Part shown: positions 61,211 to 64,000 of the stretch, in pieces
How positions within the stretch are numbered: the first letter of the stretch is position 1
How the letters are laid out: each line of letters begins with the position of its first letter
Assembly: GCA_910583525.1 (NCBI GenBank)
Contig: CAJTXL010000009.1
Span: 6,023-70,022 of the forward strand
From: an uncultured Muribaculaceae bacterium
GTDB lineage: Bacteria; Bacteroidota; Bacteroidia; Bacteroidales; Muribaculaceae
Length of the DNA: 64,000 nt
Direction: 5' to 3'
The notes under the pieces: model-generated
The model's database searches: none
What the model was told of the DNA's origin: nothing
Seen by the model: only the letters and a program-made list of their open reading frames with translations
Position numbers and translations under genes: made by a program

Positions 61211-63958
61211 TCAATGTGCTTCGAGCCAGTTTTTGCCTGTTCCTACGGCTACTTCCATTGGCACGCGGCCTTTGTATGCTTTTTCCATGTGCTCCACCAC
61301 GAGCTGCTGTAGCTGCTGCAGTTCGTCGGGAACGACGTTGAACACCAGTTCGTCGTGCACCTGCATAAACATGCGCGAGCGGAGCTTGCGGCGTCGCATC
61401 TCGGCATCGATTGTCACCATGGCTATTTTGATGATGTCGGCGGCAGAGCCTTGCAGCGGCGCGTTGATGGCGTTTCGTTCGGCATAGGAGCGCACGGTGT
61501 TGCTCCGCGATGTTATGTCGGGTAGGTAGCGCTTGCGGCCCATAATGGTGGTGACGAAGCCGTCGTTACGCGCTTTTTCGATGGCCTGCTCCATGTAGCG
61601 TGCCACGCCGGGGTACGTTGCGAGGTAGCCTTCGATGAGTTCTTTCGCTTCGGAGCGCGGTATGGCGAGGCGTTCCGACAGACCGAATGCCGAGATGCCG
61701 TATATTATGCCGAAATTGGCGGTTTTGGCGTTGCGGCGCTGTTCGTCGGTGACGTCGGCGATTTCCTCGTGGTATATCTTGGCGGCGGTGGCGCGGTGTA
61801 TATCTTCGCCCGAGAGGAATGCGTCGACCATTCCCTTGTCGCCGCTGAGGTCGGCCATCAGGCGCAGTTCTATCTGCGAGTAGTCGGCCGACATGAGCAG
61901 ACAGCCGTCGTCAGGCACGAATGCGCGGCGTATGTCTTTGCCGTCGGCGGTGCGGATTGGAATGTTCTGCAGGTTGGGGTTGGTCGACGATATTCGCCCC
62001 GTGGCGGTGACGGTCTGGTTATAGGTGGTATGCAGTTTTCCCGTAGCCGGGTTTATGAGTTTGGGGAGAGCCTCGATATATGTGGCGAGCAGTTTTTTCA
62101 GTCCGCGTATGTCGAGTATCTTCTGCACTATGGGGTTGCTTTTGCTGTATTTTTCGAGTACGTCTTCTGCTGTCGACCATGCTCCGCCCTTTGTCTTTTT
62201 TGCCTTGGGGTCGATTTGCATTTCGTCGAAGAGCACTTGTCCGACTTGTGTCGGCGAGCTTACGTTGAAGGGATGCCCGGCAAGCTCGAACGTCTCTTCT
62301 TCGAGTTCTGCGAGGCGTTCCGACAGCTGCCGTGCGAGACCTTGCAGCTCAGACACGTCGATGCGTGCGCCTTCCCATTCCATCGAGGCGAGTACGGCTA
62401 CAAGAGGCAGCTCTACGTCGTTGAGGAGCGCGGCCTGCCCTTGGCGCTGTATTTCGTCGTTGAGCACGGGCATCAGCATCAGCGCCGTTGCCGCTCTCTC
62501 GCACGCGGTTTCGGGCTTGCTTTGCTGTTCGTAGCGTTTCGCAGCCCCTGTGTCGTAGTCGGCAATGCGTGTGCCGAGGTATGTCATTGCGAGAGTACCG
62601 AGGTCGTGGCGTTGCTCGGGTTGGCATAGGTAGTGGGCTATTGACGTATCGAACCATCCGGCGCCGTCGAAAAGCAGTCCTTCGCGCCTGAGTATAAGCA
62701 TGTCGCGTTTTATGTCGTCGCCGACTATAGTGACGGGTGTTGTGAACAAGGGGCGCAGAAGCGCCGTTGTCTTGCTACGGGTGTCTTTGTCGGCAGCGAA
62801 GGGTATGTATGCCGTTTCGGGCTTGCCGTCCTTGTTATACGCCAATGCGATGCCGAAGGTCTTGGCCGTCATGGCTTCGTTGCCTGTGCTGTTGAGCGAC
62901 ATTGCGACTGTCTTGTGGGCGATGGCTTCGTCGATGAACGCCTTGACGGCATCGCTGTCGGTCAGCTCCCGGATGTCATAGTCGGCGACTTTTGCGGCCG
63001 GCGTTTCCTCGGGCATGTCGAAATCGAACAGCGAGGGAGTCGTTTCAGTCCGTTCGGGTTGCACTTTGGCCTCGGGCGCGGTAGCGGCAGAGTATTTTGC
63101 AGCGAATGATTTGAACTCAAGTTCTTTGAACAGTTGCAGCAGGGCTTCGGTGTTGGGCTGTTTGCGGCGCAGCAGTTCCGTGTCGAAGTCTACGGGAGCG
63201 TCGGTAACGATTGTCACCAAATGTTTCGACATGCGTATCTGTTCTGCATTGTCGATGATTTTTTTCTGCAAAGCGCCTTTGAGGGCGTCAGTGTTTTCGA
63301 GCAGATTTTCGACCGAGCCGAACTCCACAATAAGTTTCGCCGCGGTCTTTTCGCCTACGCCGGGGCAGCCAGGCACATTGTCCGACGCGTCTCCTTCGAG
63401 CGCGAGCAGGTCGATGACCTGCCTTGGGCTGTCGATGCCGTATCTGTCGCACACCTCCTTGGGCCCCCGGACTTCAAAGCCTTGTCCCTTTATGGACGGA
63501 CGGTACATGAATGTGCGGTCTGTCACGAGCTGCCCGTAGTCCTTGTCGGGCGTCATCATATACGTCGTAAAGCCCTCGGCTTCGGCCTTGCGTGCGAGGG
63601 TGCCTATAACGTCGTCGGCTTCGTAGCCTTTGACCTCTATTACGGGTATGCGGAAGGCTTCGAGCAGAGCCTTGATATATGGTATCGCAGCCGTTATGTC
63701 TTCGGGCTGCTTGTCGCGCCCGGCTTTGTACTGAGGATATTCGTCGTGGCGGAAAGTGTGTCCGTGCTCAGGGTCGAAACATACGGCGATATACCCCGGG
63801 TCTTCTTTTCGCAGAAGGTCTTCGAGAGTGTTGAGGAAGCCGAATATGGCCGATGTGTTCATTCCGGCCGACGTTACTCTTGGTGCGCGCATCAGGGCGT
63901 AGTAGGCACGGTATATCAGGGCGTATGCGTCGAGCAGGAACAGTTTCTTTTCTTCCAT
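61211..63958 (-). CDS. polA: DNA polymerase I
   Basis: 915 aa. 5'-nuclease N-terminus (MEEKKLFLLDAYALIYRAYYA), and pol motifs DYSQIELR, RRNAKTANFGIIYG and QVHDELVF. Confidence 0.95.
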   Translation of the reverse strand: MEEKKLFLLDAYALIYRAYYALMRAPRVTSAGMNTSAIFGFLNTLEDLLRKEDPGYIAVCFDPEHGHTFRHDEYPQYKAGRDKQPEDITAAIPYIKALLEAFRIPVIEVKGYEADDVIGTLARKAEAEGFTTYMMTPDKDYGQLVTDRTFMYRPSIKGQGFEVRGPKEVCDRYGIDSPRQVIDLLALEGDASDNVPGCPGVGEKTAAKLIVEFGSVENLLENTDALKGALQKKIIDNAEQIRMSKHLVTIVTDAPVDFDTELLRRKQPNTEALLQLFKELEFKSFAAKYSAATAPEAKVQPERTETTPSLFDFDMPEETPAAKVADYDIRELTDSDAVKAFIDEAIAHKTVAMSLNSTGNEAMTAKTFGIALAYNKDGKPETAYIPFAADKDTRSKTTALLRPLFTTPVTIVGDDIKRDMLILRREGLLFDGAGWFDTSIAHYLCQPEQRHDLGTLAMTYLGTRIADYDTGAAKRYEQQSKPETACERAATALMLMPVLNDEIQRQGQAALLNDVELPLVAVLASMEWEGARIDVSELQGLARQLSERLAELEEETFELAGHPFNVSSPTQVGQVLFDEMQIDPKAKKTKGGAWSTAEDVLEKYSKSNPIVQKILDIRGLKKLLATYIEALPKLINPATGKLHTTYNQTVTATGRISSTNPNLQNIPIRTADGKDIRRAFVPDDGCLLMSADYSQIELRLMADLSGDKGMVDAFLSGEDIHRATAAKIYHEEIADVTDEQRRNAKTANFGIIYGISAFGLSERLAIPRSEAKELIEGYLATYPGVARYMEQAIEKARNDGFVTTIMGRKRYLPDITSRSNTVRSYAERNAINAPLQGSAADIIKIAMVTIDAEMRRRKLRSRMFMQVHDELVFNVVPDELQQLQQLVVEHMEKAYKGRVPMEVAVGTGKNWLEAH

Positions 63959-64000
63959 CGTGTCGGGTGGTATTTCGTTTGTGCAAATGTACGCAAAAAA

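Noticed and set aside
1-64000. CRISPR arrays, rRNA/tRNA genes, transposases, integrases
   Set aside because: I saw no regularly spaced direct repeats, no rRNA- or tRNA-like conserved strings in the intergenic regions, and no ORF with recombinase or transposase motifs.

Overview
GC-rich chromosomal segment of a Bacteroidales-type genome. This is supported by a SusC/SusD pair, five proteins with T9SS C-terminal sorting domains, and TAnnTTTG -7 boxes before many genes. The exact taxon cannot be proven from the sequence. I support about 54 protein genes and see no rRNA, tRNA, CRISPR array, transposase or integrase. From left to right the window holds: the secDF 5' end; a coupled giant TPR protein and 590-aa outer-membrane barrel; a BspA-type LRR T9SS cargo; a 4-gene orphan phage head module (8.1-11.7 kb); DUF1573; an AT-rich islet with a GNAT-type toxin pair and a T9SS cargo; then housekeeping genes (COG0523 metallochaperone, nagB, small OMP, DUF59, lpxH-like, an rluB with a long N/Q/Y-rich N-terminus, ECF sigma, large OM barrel). 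Next come a 4-gene LPS-core operon, a nucleoside kinase, a protease-containing SusCD locus (31.8-43.2 kb), crcB, upp, lpxA and a 7-gene 5-keto-4-deoxyuronate/KDG operon (45.9-53.3 kb). The right end holds AT-rich islets with a DUF4143 ATPase, a YoeB pair and a DUF3791-DUF3990-DUF3791 cassette, plus rubrerythrin, rplS, a GlmU-like gene and polA. The most unusual items are: (1) the capsid/portal-only phage module, driven by a host-type promoter motif, with its portal split by a single in-frame TAG; (2) the DUF3990 cassette, whose central protein shows an H-Y-E ADP-ribosyltransferase-like motif pattern; (3) the hexuronate operon, which has a signal-peptide-bearing KduI, an orphan PTS-IIC-like permease and an embedded GltD/NfnB-like Fe-S flavoprotein. 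All family assignments come from reading the translations and from memory of those families. No database search was run.
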